Notes: generated by a model not told the origin, from the sequence alone. A DNA stretch of 64,000 bases from an uncultured Oscillospiraceae bacterium (GCA_964609305.1 CAZSRK010000001.1:20411-84410), one strand, 5' to 3'; numbered from the stretch's first letter, positions 9,353 through 19,376 are shown. Numbers and translations: made by a program.

Positions 9353-10771
9353 ATGAGCTACACGAGAAAAGAGATACCGGCGCAGGATATCGCCCGTCAG
9401 TATGAGATATGCCGCCGGATAAAACAGGACAATCTGCTCAGCGGACCGCGCGGGCTTCTCGCGTTTGTCGACACCTACGGCTGCCAGCAGAACGAGGCTG
9501 ACAGCGAGCATATACGCGGCTGGCTGGCCGAGATGGGCTATGGCTTCACGCAGGATGAGTTTGAGGCCGACGTCATCGTCGTGAACACCTGCGCCGTGCG
9601 CGAGCATGCGGAGATGCGCGTGTTAGGCAACGTCGGCGCGCTGAACCATACAAAAAAGAACAAGCCCGGGCAGATCATCGCCGTCTGCGGCTGTATGGTC
9701 CAGCAGGAGCATATGGCCCAGAAACTCAAAAACTCTTTCCGAATAGTGGATCTGGTGTTCGGCCCGCACGAGCTCTGGCGTTTTCCGGAGCTGTTTGAGC
9801 GCGTGCTGGAGGAAAAAAAGCGCGTCTTCGCGACCGGGCCGGACGACGGCGCGGTGACGGAGGGTCTGCCCGTGCGCCGCGACGGCAAAGTCAAGGCCTG
9901 GCTTTCAATCATGTACGGCTGCAACAACTTCTGCTCCTACTGCATAGTGCCATATGTCCGCGGCCGCGAACGCTCGCGCAGGCCGGAGCAAATCGTCGAG
10001 GAAGCCCGCGCGCTCGTGCAGGAGGGGTACAAAGATATCACGCTGCTGGGCCAGAACGTGAACTCATATGGCCGCGATCTGGACAGCGGGGTCGACTTTG
10101 CAGACCTTCTTGCAATGATAAACGACATCCCGGGCGATTTCCTCATCCGGTTTATGACCAGCCATCCAAAGGACGCAACAGAAAAGCTTTTTGTGACTAT
10201 GGCCAGATGCGAAAAATGCGCAAGGCACATACATCTGCCCGTGCAGTCCGGCTCCGACCGCGTGCTCAGGCGCATGAACCGGGTATATACACGCGAGAAG
10301 TATCTTGAGACCGTGCGTCTTGCCAGAAGCTATATGCCGGACATCGTGCTCACCACGGACATAATCGTCGGCTTTCCCGGAGAGACGGAGGAGGATTTTT
10401 CCGACACCCTCTCACTGGTTGAACAGGTGCGATATGACGCAATGTTCACCTTTATATACTCCAAGCGCGTCGGCACCCCCGCTTCTGAGATGCCCGATCC
10501 CTATTCTAGGGAGGAAAAACAGGCGCATTTTGACCGCCTGTTGGAGCTAGCAAACCGCATCTCTGGCGAAAAACACGCCGAATACGTCGGAAGGACGCTG
10601 CGCGTACTCGTCGACGGTGAGACTGGCAGCGACAAATACAATCTATCCAGCCGCACGAACGGCGGCAGGCTTGTGCATCTGGCGGGAGATGCCGCGCTTA
10701 TCGGCAGATTCATAAATGTCCGTATCACCGGCAGCACCACCTGGGCGCTGTTCGGCGAAAAGGCGGACTGA
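9353..10771 (+). CDS. miaB: tRNA-i6A37 methylthiotransferase
   Basis: It has a UPF0004 N-domain (TYGCQQNEADSE), a radical-SAM CNNFCSYCIVP motif and a C-terminal TRAM domain. Confidence 0.9.
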   Translation: MSYTRKEIPAQDIARQYEICRRIKQDNLLSGPRGLLAFVDTYGCQQNEADSEHIRGWLAEMGYGFTQDEFEADVIVVNTCAVREHAEMRVLGNVGALNHTKKNKPGQIIAVCGCMVQQEHMAQKLKNSFRIVDLVFGPHELWRFPELFERVLEEKKRVFATGPDDGAVTEGLPVRRDGKVKAWLSIMYGCNNFCSYCIVPYVRGRERSRRPEQIVEEARALVQEGYKDITLLGQNVNSYGRDLDSGVDFADLLAMINDIPGDFLIRFMTSHPKDATEKLFVTMARCEKCARHIHLPVQSGSDRVLRRMNRVYTREKYLETVRLARSYMPDIVLTTDIIVGFPGETEEDFSDTLSLVEQVRYDAMFTFIYSKRVGTPASEMPDPYSREEKQAHFDRLLELANRISGEKHAEYVGRTLRVLVDGETGSDKYNLSSRTNGGRLVHLAGDAALIGRFINVRITGSTTWALFGEKAD

Positions 10772-10788
10772 GAGAATGAGGAATATCA

Positions 10789-13389
10789 ATGGCCGAACTC
10801 ACCCCGATGAAGAGACAATACAACCGCATTAAATCGGAGCATCAGGACTGTCTGCTGTTTTTCCGGCTGGGCGACTTTTACGAGATGTTCGACGACGACG
10901 CCATCACCGCCTCGCGTGAGCTGGACCTGACATTGACAACACGCGACAGGGGCAAGGCCGAAGATGAGCAGACGCCCATGTGCGGCGTTCCCTATCACAG
11001 CAGCGAGGCATATATCGCACGTCTCATTGCAAAGGGATACAAGGTCGCCATATGCGAGCAGACCGAGGATCCGAAAAGCGCCATCGGCCTTGTCGACCGC
11101 GAGGTCATACGCATAATAACCCCCGGCACTGTCACGGACAGCTCCATGCTCGAAGAGGGAAACTCCAACTATCTGGGCGCCGTGTGGCTGGATGCCGGAA
11201 GCGGCGCAGTCGCATTCTGCGACATCTCCACCGGCGAATTCTGCGTCGCCTCGTTTTACGAGGACTGCGCGCAGCATATCATAAACGAGCTGGGCCGCTT
11301 CTCCCCGCGCGAGGTCGTGCTCAGCTCCGGCGCGCAGGAGGACGCTGCAATATCCGACTTTCTGCGCCGGCGGCTGGACTGCATGCTGGAAGAAGGCGGA
11401 GCCCGATTTGACTATATGCAGGCCTGCGCACGCGTCTGCGAGCGTTTTAATGCGCCCGATGTCGACGCACTCGGCCTCGGCGCGGACAGCGCGGCGGTGA
11501 TTGCCGCCGGCGGGCTGCTTTCCTATGTCGAGGAGACGCAAAAATTCGACCTGAGCCATATAAACGCATTGGACGTGATGGCCTCCGGCCGTTTCATGGA
11601 ACTGGACTACACCACACGCCGCAATCTGGAGCTGACGGAAAACCTGCGCGCCGGGGAAAAACGCGGCAGCCTGCTGTGGGTGCTCGACAGAACGAAAACG
11701 CCCATGGGAGGACGGCTCCTCCGCTCCTGGGTGGAGCGGCCTCTGTTGTCTCCCGTCGCTATCCGGCGCCGCCTGTCCGCCGTCGGAGAGCTGTACGAGT
11801 CGAACATTCTCCGCGCCGAGCTGATCGAGCTGCTCTCCGGCGTGGGCGATATGCGCCGCCTCATCGGCAGGGCTGTCTACGGCTCAGCCAATGCGCGGGA
11901 TCTTCAGGCGCTGGGCAGCTATATCGCAATGCTGCCGGATATAGCGCGGCTGCTCTCCGGCGTGAAGAGCGCCTCCCTGAAGGAGATCGGCGGCATGGAC
12001 ACGATGCCCGAGCTTGCGCAGATGCTCCAAAACGCGATTGACGACAAACCACCGTCTTCCGTACGAGAGGGCGGCATGATGCGCAGCGGATATAACGAGG
12101 AGCTGGACTATCTGCGGAAAGTGCGCGACAACGGGACGCAGATGATAGCCGACCTGGAGCAGCGCGAGCGCGAGCGCACCGGCATCAAAAAGCTCAAAGT
12201 CGGCTATAACAAGGTCTTTGGCTATTACATCGACATGCCAAAAAGCGCAGGAGAAGCCGCCGTCCCCCCGGAATACATAAGAAAGCAGACCCTGGTCTCA
12301 AACGAGCGGTACTTCACGCCGGAGCTTAAGGAACTTGAAAACACGCTGCTTTCCGCGCGCGATCGCATCTGTGAGCTGGAATTTCGCCTGTTTTCCGAAA
12401 TACGCCAGGCCGTGGCCGAACAGGTCGGCAGGGTACAGCACGCCTCCGACTGCGTTGCACAGCTTGACGTATACTGCTCCCTTGCCGAGGTGGCCGTGCG
12501 CAACGGCTATACCATGCCGGAGGTGGACACCGGCTCCACGCTGCAGATAACCGAGGGCCGCCATCCAGTCGTCGAGCAGGCGCGCGATGATGTCATGTTC
12601 GTGCCGAACGATGTTTTTCTCAACGACAGTACTGACCGTGTTGCCATCATAACCGGCCCGAACATGGCCGGAAAAAGCACATATATGCGCCAGACCGCAC
12701 TGATCGTACTGATGGCGCAGATGGGCTCCTTCGTACCTGCCAAAAGCGCGGTCATCGGAATTGTAGACCGGGTTTTCACCCGTATCGGCGCATCCGACGA
12801 CCTGGCCTCGGGCCAGAGCACATTTATGGTTGAGATGACGGAGGTCGCCTCCATCCTCGAACACGCCACGAAGAAAAGCCTTCTCATCCTCGACGAGATA
12901 GGCCGCGGCACATCCACCTTCGACGGCATGGCGATAGCGCGCGCTGTGCTGGAATACTGCGCCGACAGACGAAAGCTCGGCGCAAAGACCATGTTTGCAA
13001 CGCACTATCACGAGCTTTCCGCTCTGGAAAGCGAGCTGGACGGCGTGCGCAACTATAACATTACCGCGAAAAAACAAAACGGCCAGCTCATCTTCCTTCG
13101 CAAGATAGTGCGCGGAGCCGCCGACGACAGCTACGGCATAGAGGTCGCAAAGCTCGCCGGCGTTCCTGAGAGCATCATATCCAGCGCAAAGAGCCACCTT
13201 CGCGAACTGGAATCCGGCAGCGGTGACGTTCCTTCGGCTCCTGAGCGAGGAGAGGATGGTCAGCTTACGCTCGGCGATATCGGCGCGGATGAGGTCCGGC
13301 AGCGCCTGCGCGACGTCAGCCTTGACACCATGACGCCATTGGAGGCCCTGAATCTGCTTTATGAACTCAAGAGGATGGTAAATAACTGA
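10789..13389 (+). CDS. mutS: DNA mismatch repair protein MutS
   Basis: MAELTPMKRQYNRIKSEHQDCLLFFRLGDFYEMFDDDA (mismatch-binding domain with the FYE motif). The Walker A is ITGPNMAGKSTYMRQ, followed by STFMVEM and DEIGRGTSTFDG. Confidence 0.97.
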   Translation: MAELTPMKRQYNRIKSEHQDCLLFFRLGDFYEMFDDDAITASRELDLTLTTRDRGKAEDEQTPMCGVPYHSSEAYIARLIAKGYKVAICEQTEDPKSAIGLVDREVIRIITPGTVTDSSMLEEGNSNYLGAVWLDAGSGAVAFCDISTGEFCVASFYEDCAQHIINELGRFSPREVVLSSGAQEDAAISDFLRRRLDCMLEEGGARFDYMQACARVCERFNAPDVDALGLGADSAAVIAAGGLLSYVEETQKFDLSHINALDVMASGRFMELDYTTRRNLELTENLRAGEKRGSLLWVLDRTKTPMGGRLLRSWVERPLLSPVAIRRRLSAVGELYESNILRAELIELLSGVGDMRRLIGRAVYGSANARDLQALGSYIAMLPDIARLLSGVKSASLKEIGGMDTMPELAQMLQNAIDDKPPSSVREGGMMRSGYNEELDYLRKVRDNGTQMIADLEQRERERTGIKKLKVGYNKVFGYYIDMPKSAGEAAVPPEYIRKQTLVSNERYFTPELKELENTLLSARDRICELEFRLFSEIRQAVAEQVGRVQHASDCVAQLDVYCSLAEVAVRNGYTMPEVDTGSTLQITEGRHPVVEQARDDVMFVPNDVFLNDSTDRVAIITGPNMAGKSTYMRQTALIVLMAQMGSFVPAKSAVIGIVDRVFTRIGASDDLASGQSTFMVEMTEVASILEHATKKSLLILDEIGRGTSTFDGMAIARAVLEYCADRRKLGAKTMFATHYHELSALESELDGVRNYNITAKKQNGQLIFLRKIVRGAADDSYGIEVAKLAGVPESIISSAKSHLRELESGSGDVPSAPERGEDGQLTLGDIGADEVRQRLRDVSLDTMTPLEALNLLYELKRMVNN

Positions 13390-14090
13390 TGCCTGTTTAC
13401 GAAAAGCCCCCATTTGTTCTCAACATGTCAAAGCCGGCCAGGATACTCGGCTGGTGCTATTTGCCGGTGCATATATTCGTTCTTCCACTGCTGCTGAACA
13501 TCTATGCCTCCGTCTCGGCCGACGGGCTCAGCGACAGGGCAATGAACATCATATACTACGGCATCGGCGCGGCTTTCGTCCTGGTGTTCATGCTCCGCTA
13601 TCTCAGAGCTGACCTCGACCCTCTGCTCGATCACAAAATCGGGAACCTGCTTCTTCTTGTGTCCGGATACTTTATGGACCTGCTGCTGTCGTACGCCGCA
13701 CTCATCGCGCTCGAGTTCATACTGGGCGCCGTGTCCAACCCCAACGAACAGGCCCTCGACGCCATCTCGCAGAACAATTACAGCATGATGCTCGGGCTTG
13801 CCGTATTCCTGGCGCCGATGGTCGAGGAGCCGCTGTTCCGCGGTGTCGTATTCGGGACTTTGCGCGAAAAGAACACAGTGCTGGCCTATCTCGTGTCGGT
13901 TCTGCTGTTTTCGCTCTATCACGTATGGCAGTATGCCGTGGCATATTGGGACGCGGGCCTGCTGATCTATATGATACAGTATATACCGGTATCCTTCGTC
14001 CTCGCCTGGCTGTATGACCGCAGCCGCACGATCTGGCTGCCAATAATATTCCACATGTTTCTGAACGCCATGGCGCTCTCCTACATGTAA
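13389..14090 (+). CDS. CPBP-family intramembrane glutamic endopeptidase
   Basis: A polytopic membrane protein with EEPLFRGVVFG, FSLYH and FHMFLN motifs. Its start overlaps the mutS stop (TGATG). Confidence 0.85.
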   Translation: MPVYEKPPFVLNMSKPARILGWCYLPVHIFVLPLLLNIYASVSADGLSDRAMNIIYYGIGAAFVLVFMLRYLRADLDPLLDHKIGNLLLLVSGYFMDLLLSYAALIALEFILGAVSNPNEQALDAISQNNYSMMLGLAVFLAPMVEEPLFRGVVFGTLREKNTVLAYLVSVLLFSLYHVWQYAVAYWDAGLLIYMIQYIPVSFVLAWLYDRSRTIWLPIIFHMFLNAMALSYM

Positions 14091-14186
14091 AAAAAAGCGG
14101 GGCAGGCATCCTGACGGACGCCTGTCCCGCTCAGGCCGTCAAAAAAGTCTCTTAGACTTTTTTGACAACCTGAACAATCTCTTTTC

Positions 14187-15035
14187 TCAATACTCCCGGG
14201 GCGGACGGTAAAATTCAAATATAACCGCGTCGTTGTCCTTCTGCGCGTCCAGGCCATGACTGGTCCAGGCGACCTTCATCGCACCCATCTTCTCGCACAG
14301 TCTGACAGCGAGATTCTTTTTACCTATCGCGTACGCTATAAACTGCGGCCGGCCAATGAAATTTGCCGCCAGCCTGCTCAGCAGGAAAGCCAGGGGCTTT
14401 TTCGCCCCCTCACCATATCTCTCCGCGGGACAGGCAAGCTGTCCGCGCAGGACATCCGGCGCGTTCCTGCGGAACCATCTGACGATAGTCGGGTCAAAGC
14501 TCTCGACACAGACGTGCCCGCTGTAACTGTCCATCAGGGCCAGCGTTTTCTCGCAAAGCTCCTTGTTTCTTTTCCCCGTTTTCAGCTCTATTATGACGGG
14601 CACACGGCTGTCGGCGGCCTCAAACACGTCAAAAACCTCCGATAGTTTGGGAATGCGTTCTTCCGTCCGGACCAGGCAAAGCTCCGACAGTTCGGCAAAG
14701 GTCTTTTCCCCGACCGAACCCTGAACGCCGCACATACGCTCAAGCCCGTCGTCATGGAAAACAACGACCTCTCCGTCCGCGGTCAGACGTACGTCGAGCT
14801 CCACTCCGTAGCCGGCTTCCGCAGCGGCCCGGAAAGCAGCCAGAGAGTTTTCCGGCACGGACCTGTCCGGCCGGTGCAGCCCACGGTGCGCAAAGTTCCG
14901 TCGCAGGAACGGCTCCTTCTGCCCCTGCTCCGCCTTTCCCGGCGCCAGCGCGAACACGGCGGCCGCGGCCAGCCCCGCGGCTGCTCCGGCTGTTGGCAGC
15001 AATATCTTAAGCATCTTGTTCATATCATCGCTCAC
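14187..15035 (-). CDS. glycerophosphodiester phosphodiesterase family protein (membrane-anchored)
   Basis: N-terminal TM helix, then FAHRGLH...PENSLAAF...GVELDVRLTADGEVVVFHD, which are GDPD signatures. Confidence 0.85.
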   Translation of the reverse strand: MSDDMNKMLKILLPTAGAAAGLAAAAVFALAPGKAEQGQKEPFLRRNFAHRGLHRPDRSVPENSLAAFRAAAEAGYGVELDVRLTADGEVVVFHDDGLERMCGVQGSVGEKTFAELSELCLVRTEERIPKLSEVFDVFEAADSRVPVIIELKTGKRNKELCEKTLALMDSYSGHVCVESFDPTIVRWFRRNAPDVLRGQLACPAERYGEGAKKPLAFLLSRLAANFIGRPQFIAYAIGKKNLAVRLCEKMGAMKVAWTSHGLDAQKDNDAVIFEFYRPPREY

Positions 15036-15128
15036 CTCCTGAACGATATTATTTTATCACCGTGTGAAGAGCTCGTCAATTTGTTGTTGCGCTTATCTTC
15101 CATATCGGTTAAAATTGCCCGTGAAAGG

Positions 15129-16457
15129 ATGTGTTACCAGGTGAAACTAAACAGCAGGCGCACAATACTCGTCGGCTTTGCCTTCATGTCCATCTGCGCG
15201 TTGTGGCAGCTTTACGACAGCATCGTCCCTCTCATCCTCAAAAACACTTTCGACCTCAACGACGCTCTGTCGGGCCTTATCATGGCGCTGGACAACGTGC
15301 TGGCGCTTTTCATGCTCCCTCTGTTCGGCGCGCTGTCCGACCGCACGAACACTCGCATAGGACGCAGGATGCCGTATATAATCGTCGGCACCGTCTGCGC
15401 CTGCGTTTTCGCGATGGTCCTGCCCGTTGCTGACAGGATAAGCTCGCTTCCGCTTTTCCTCACGGCTCTGGGGCTGCTGCTGATCTCGATGTCGGTCTAC
15501 CGTTCCCCAGCGGTCGCGCTGATGCCGGACGTGACGCCCAAACCGCTGCGCAGCAAGGCCAACGCCATCATTAACCTTATGGGCGCAGTCGGCGGCATAA
15601 TTGCGCTGGCCGCCATATCCCTGCTCGTCGGAAGCGAGGACAGGCCGGATTATATTCCGCTATTTTCTGTGATAATCGGCTTCATGCTCGTTTGTCTGAT
15701 AATACTCGTATCCACGATACGCGAGCCGCGTCTGGCAGAGATTGCCCAGCGCGAGGCGGAGGCACTTGGCCAGGACGACGCGGATGATGAACAGGGCCAG
15801 GATGGCGGCTCGATGTCCCCAAAGGTGCGCCGCTCCTTCCGGCTTATCCTGGTCTCCATCTTCCTGTGGTTCATGGGCTATAACGCGATCACGACCAGCT
15901 TTTCCCGGTACGCCAACGTATACTGGGGCCTAACCGGAGGCTCATTTGCCTACACTCTGATAATAGCGCAGGCCGCCGCCATAGTCAGCTATATACCCGT
16001 CGGCATAATAGCGACCAGGGTCGGGCGCAAAAAGACCATACTCGGCGGCGTTGTTATGCTTACCGTCGCCTTTGGAAGCTGCATTTTCTTCAGGAGCTTC
16101 GGCGGGCTGATATTCTTTTTCTTCATCCTCGCCGGTTTCGGCTGGGCCGCGATCAATGTCAACAGCTACCCCATGGTAGTCGAGATGAGCCGCGGCGCGA
16201 ACGTCGGGAAATATACCGGTTACTACTACACCGCCTCTCAGTCGGCGCAGATAATAACCCCAATCCTCTCGGGCGCCGTGCTTGAATACGGCTATCTGCT
16301 CCTGGGCAGCGCGGACCCTGACGCGGGTTACGTCCTGCTCTTCCCCTACGGGGCGCTGTTCGTCGCAGCCAGCTTTGTGAGCATGCTGTTTGTCAAACAC
16401 GGCGACAGCAAGGCCGTGAAAAAAAGCGGGATCGAATATCTCGACACGGACGGCTGA
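15129..16457 (+). CDS. MFS transporter (GPH/SLC45-like)
   Basis: About 12 predicted TM helices and an RIGRRMPYI loop motif. The track ORF starts at 14754 but overlaps the GDPD gene. The ATG at 15129 or the GTG at 15141 after GAAAGGA is the plausible start. Confidence 0.8.
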   Translation: MCYQVKLNSRRTILVGFAFMSICALWQLYDSIVPLILKNTFDLNDALSGLIMALDNVLALFMLPLFGALSDRTNTRIGRRMPYIIVGTVCACVFAMVLPVADRISSLPLFLTALGLLLISMSVYRSPAVALMPDVTPKPLRSKANAIINLMGAVGGIIALAAISLLVGSEDRPDYIPLFSVIIGFMLVCLIILVSTIREPRLAEIAQREAEALGQDDADDEQGQDGGSMSPKVRRSFRLILVSIFLWFMGYNAITTSFSRYANVYWGLTGGSFAYTLIIAQAAAIVSYIPVGIIATRVGRKKTILGGVVMLTVAFGSCIFFRSFGGLIFFFFILAGFGWAAINVNSYPMVVEMSRGANVGKYTGYYYTASQSAQIITPILSGAVLEYGYLLLGSADPDAGYVLLFPYGALFVAASFVSMLFVKHGDSKAVKKSGIEYLDTDG

Positions 16458-16485
16458 TCCCCTGAAACGGTTCTTTGATAGGCTG

Positions 16486-16521
16486 AAAAATCCCCGGAAA
16501 CAATAGTTTCCGGGGATTTTT
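16486..16521. terminator. bidirectional terminator between the MFS gene and beta-helix paralog A
   Basis: AAAAATCCCCGGAAAC-AATA-GTTTCCGGGGATTTTT, a perfect stem flanked by A-run and T-run. Confidence 0.85.
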
Positions 16522-16556
16522 GCATCTAAGTGAATTGCATCTAATCTAAATCAATT

Positions 16557-18362
16557 TCAGGCTTTGAGGACTATATCGCCCTTATAACTGCCGGCGGCGA
16601 TGTCAACGGGCCTTCCGTCAACAATCATGGAGGAGGCCACGATCCTGGCATCTGGCCCTATCTCCAGCGCCGTGAGGTAGCTGGTGCCGGTGACGGTCCA
16701 CTGCGTATTCCCGAGAAGTTTGACAATAACGCCGTTGTTGACGGCGGGGCAGGCTGTGTTCGTCACCATGCCCATCTCGATGTTCAGAGCCTTGGTGATA
16801 GACGGAACGTTATGCTTTGCCGTCGAGGAGCTTATCGTGCTCTCGAGCTTTACGTTCTCAAACGAGAGTATCAGGTTTATCGGCTTCTCGGTCGAGGGCG
16901 GAAGCGGCGGGGGCGGGGCCTTCGGCGCGTCGCTGTCCTCCTGTGCGGGCGGCTCGGGCGGGGGGCCCTCGGGCAGGATCATGCCAACGCGGCAGGCATT
17001 GGTCGTGGCGTTATAGAAGTCGCCCCTGAGCTCCATATCAGCAAAGCTTGCGCGCAGGTCGGTGGAGTAGTCCTTCAAATCAAAGGTGAACATACGGCAG
17101 TCGGTGAAGTTCTCGGCGTGCACGTCATGTTCAGGGTCCTTGACGGGCACGAGGTTATCCACCTCTATGCGCAGATCGTCGCCGAACATGCCGGGGTCGT
17201 CATTGTCCATGAGCTGCAAAATGACCCCGTTTCCGGAGTTTATGACGGAGTTTTTCACCTTCAGCTCGGGATAGCAGCCCTTGACGAGGAAGGTCGTAAG
17301 GCCCGTGTTGAACACGGCGTTTTCTATCACGGCCTCACCGTGCTGGTTTGCATGCCACATCAGGCCGAAGCGCCCGGAGTCGACGGTCGTGCCGTTTATG
17401 AAGTCGCAGGCGGCATACTCATTGGCCGCGATCAGCGCATAGTCGGGCACGCTTATTTTGCAGTTGTCAAAGCTGTTGCGGCAGGCGCCTATTGAATAGG
17501 ACCCGTATCCGCTCTCCCCGGTTATCTCGACCCGGCTGTTCACAACGTTCATACGCACACAGTAATCGCCGAACTTCTCCGGCATGTCCACGCCGTCCGT
17601 GGACAGGACGCCCCAGCCTTCAGCCTTTATGGTGCTGTCAATATAGCTGGCCCTGCCGCTTCCGACGATATTGGTTGCGCGGTTGGTTCCGCGCAGGCCG
17701 AGCACCCAGGGAACACCGGACATGTTCCCCGTCTCCTCGCGCAGCTGTATCTGCTCCGCGGTGGTCCCGCCGATGCAGTCTATATCCGCGCCGCGGAAAG
17801 TGACCTCGGCATGGTCGGCAACGGTGACGGCGTTGCGAATAACGCCATGGCTGCGCACGCGCAGATTTTTGACTTCCGCCTTCGCTTCGCCCGCGAAGAG
17901 CATGCCGCTTCCCCAACCGGAGAAGTCGTTGCCGCCGTGGCCGTTCATGACGATGTCGAGGTTTTCAACGTCGTACTGCCCGTTTTCCACAATAAGCGTA
18001 TTGAACAGCGGGCCGTCAGAACGCACGCACACATCCTTCATGCCCTTATCGTCGTACTGTCCGCCGATGAGCGCGGAGCGCGCGCTGCGCTCCGGAATTA
18101 TCTTCCCGTCCCTGACATACAGCGCGGTGCGATACCCCGTTGTGTCAAAATCGTCGACGGGGCAGGGGAAATCCTCCGTCACGCTGATGACCGCGTTGAC
18201 ATAGCTGCCGGGAGCCAGAGGCTTCTCACGGCCGTTCTCGGTCAGCGTAAGCAGCTTGCCCTCGGGCGCAGAAAGCTCGACCCCTTCGGATACGATCAGC
18301 TCGTCAAACGAACTTGTCTGCTCGATAACCGTATTTTTATCAAATATCATTGGCATCATCAC
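16557..18362 (-). CDS. uncharacterised beta-helix-like repeat protein, paralog A (no signal peptide)
   Basis: The roughly 600-aa product shares GGNDF, GTNRATN, GWGVLSTDG, GNGVILQLMDNDDPGM, NATTN, VNNGVIV and WTVTGTSYLT motifs with the ORFs at 58882-60658 and 60766-62628. It has a proline-rich linker (PEGPPPEPP...PPPPLPP). The start may be the ATG at 18350, by alignment to the paralogs. Confidence 0.8.
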   Translation of the reverse strand: MMMPMIFDKNTVIEQTSSFDELIVSEGVELSAPEGKLLTLTENGREKPLAPGSYVNAVISVTEDFPCPVDDFDTTGYRTALYVRDGKIIPERSARSALIGGQYDDKGMKDVCVRSDGPLFNTLIVENGQYDVENLDIVMNGHGGNDFSGWGSGMLFAGEAKAEVKNLRVRSHGVIRNAVTVADHAEVTFRGADIDCIGGTTAEQIQLREETGNMSGVPWVLGLRGTNRATNIVGSGRASYIDSTIKAEGWGVLSTDGVDMPEKFGDYCVRMNVVNSRVEITGESGYGSYSIGACRNSFDNCKISVPDYALIAANEYAACDFINGTTVDSGRFGLMWHANQHGEAVIENAVFNTGLTTFLVKGCYPELKVKNSVINSGNGVILQLMDNDDPGMFGDDLRIEVDNLVPVKDPEHDVHAENFTDCRMFTFDLKDYSTDLRASFADMELRGDFYNATTNACRVGMILPEGPPPEPPAQEDSDAPKAPPPPLPPSTEKPINLILSFENVKLESTISSSTAKHNVPSITKALNIEMGMVTNTACPAVNNGVIVKLLGNTQWTVTGTSYLTALEIGPDARIVASSMIVDGRPVDIAAGSYKGDIVLKA

Positions 18363-18446
18363 TTCCTGTATAAATTATGCTAAAATTATATTACACCGGC
18401 GGCGTATATGGCAGTGTCAGAATCCTGTCGGCCACGGCATTTTCCG

Positions 18447-18475
18447 TTGACATTTCGTGCACGAATGTCTATAAT
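18447..18475 (+). promoter_or_regulatory. consensus sigma-A promoter of the IclR gene with a palindromic operator in the spacer
   Basis: TTGACA (18447-18452), a 17-nt spacer, then TATAAT (18470-18475). The spacer contains the perfect 12-bp palindrome TTCGTGCACGAA (18454-18465). Confidence 0.65.
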
Positions 18476-18508
18476 GATGACAAATCCTTTATATAGGAGT
18501 GATCTCAC

Positions 18509-19285
18509 ATGCCTGAAAACACGGAACATGCTACGATACAATCCGTCTCCCGCGCGCTTAGCATACTTGAGGTCATCTTTGAGTCCAACCAGCCCATGAG
18601 CGTCCAGGAGATAAGTCAGGCCCTCGGACTGAGCAGGACGACGGCGCACGGCCTTGTCAGGACACTGGTCGCCTGCAAGTACATCGAAAAAGAGCCGCTC
18701 ACGCGCAAATACATGCCCACCTCGAAGATGTACGGGATGAGCTGCGCATACCCGGACAAGCTTAAGGTCATGCAGGTGATAAATCCCTACCTGCGCAGCC
18801 TGCTGACGCGGTACCGCCAGACGATACACCTTGGCATCATGTCCACGCGCGACACCGTGCTGCTGCTCAAGGCGTATTTTCCCGAGCGCGTGCCCAACCT
18901 GACGCGCATATTCAATCTGCCCATGCACGCGACCGGAATCGGCAAAACAATGCTCGCCTTCCTCCCGCCTGAGCAGCGCGAGGCCATACTGGAAAACATC
19001 GAGCTTACGCCATATACCAAAAACACCATAACCGACCTTGACCGCCTGCGCGAGGAGATCGAAACCATACGTCAGCGGGGATACGGCTATGACATGGCCG
19101 AATACCTCGACAACACATTCTGCGTCGGCTTTCCCATCCTCGGTGACAGGGACGAAGCCGTGGCCGCGTTCAGCGTCTCTGGACAGCAAAAGGATATCGA
19201 GCCGCTGTTTCCCGAGCTGATACCGGAAAGCCTTCAGGTCAGCAAGACCTGCTCCGGTGAGATGGGCTGGACCCCGATATTTTAG
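18509..19285 (+). CDS. IclR-family transcriptional regulator
   Basis: The N-terminal wHTH reads SVSRALSILEVIFESNQPMSVQEISQALGLSRTTAHGLVRTL, and the C-terminal half is an IclR effector domain. It is divergent from paralog A. Confidence 0.9.
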   Translation: MPENTEHATIQSVSRALSILEVIFESNQPMSVQEISQALGLSRTTAHGLVRTLVACKYIEKEPLTRKYMPTSKMYGMSCAYPDKLKVMQVINPYLRSLLTRYRQTIHLGIMSTRDTVLLLKAYFPERVPNLTRIFNLPMHATGIGKTMLAFLPPEQREAILENIELTPYTKNTITDLDRLREEIETIRQRGYGYDMAEYLDNTFCVGFPILGDRDEAVAAFSVSGQQKDIEPLFPELIPESLQVSKTCSGEMGWTPIF

Positions 19286-19337
19286 CACGGCGTCGCAGGC
19301 TGCCGTAGCCTGTACTGCGCCTGCGCACTAAAAGCTG

Positions 19338-19376
19338 CCCTATACGGACGATTTTCGTCCGTATAGGGCTTTTTTG
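19338..19376 (+). terminator. intrinsic terminator after the IclR gene
   Basis: CCCTATACGGACGA-TT-TCGTCCGTATAGGG followed by CTTTTTTG. Confidence 0.85.

Noticed and set aside
10786-13413. Long minus-strand ORFs (257 aa and 371 aa) lie antisense to mutS. Similar antisense ORFs occur at 18386-19288, 20802-21812, 22403-23659, 33210-34586 and 53157-53930.
   Set aside because: Each lies fully inside a confidently identified gene on the other strand. None has recognisable motifs, and their composition is Arg/Ala/Gly-rich shadow-frame.
14754-15128. The N-terminal 125-aa extension of the MFS transporter ORF.
   Set aside because: It overlaps the convergent or divergent GDPD gene, is Arg/Pro-rich and lacks TM helices. 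A plausible RBS and start lie at 15129-15141.
16557-18362. Assignment of the beta-helix paralogs to GH28 polygalacturonases or pectate lyases, prompted by the neighbouring IclR/KdgR-like regulator.
   Set aside because: I could not find the GH28 motifs (NTDG, G/QDD, GHG, RIK) or the pectate-lyase Arg/Asp-Ca signatures. The proteins also lack secretion signals. They are left unassigned.
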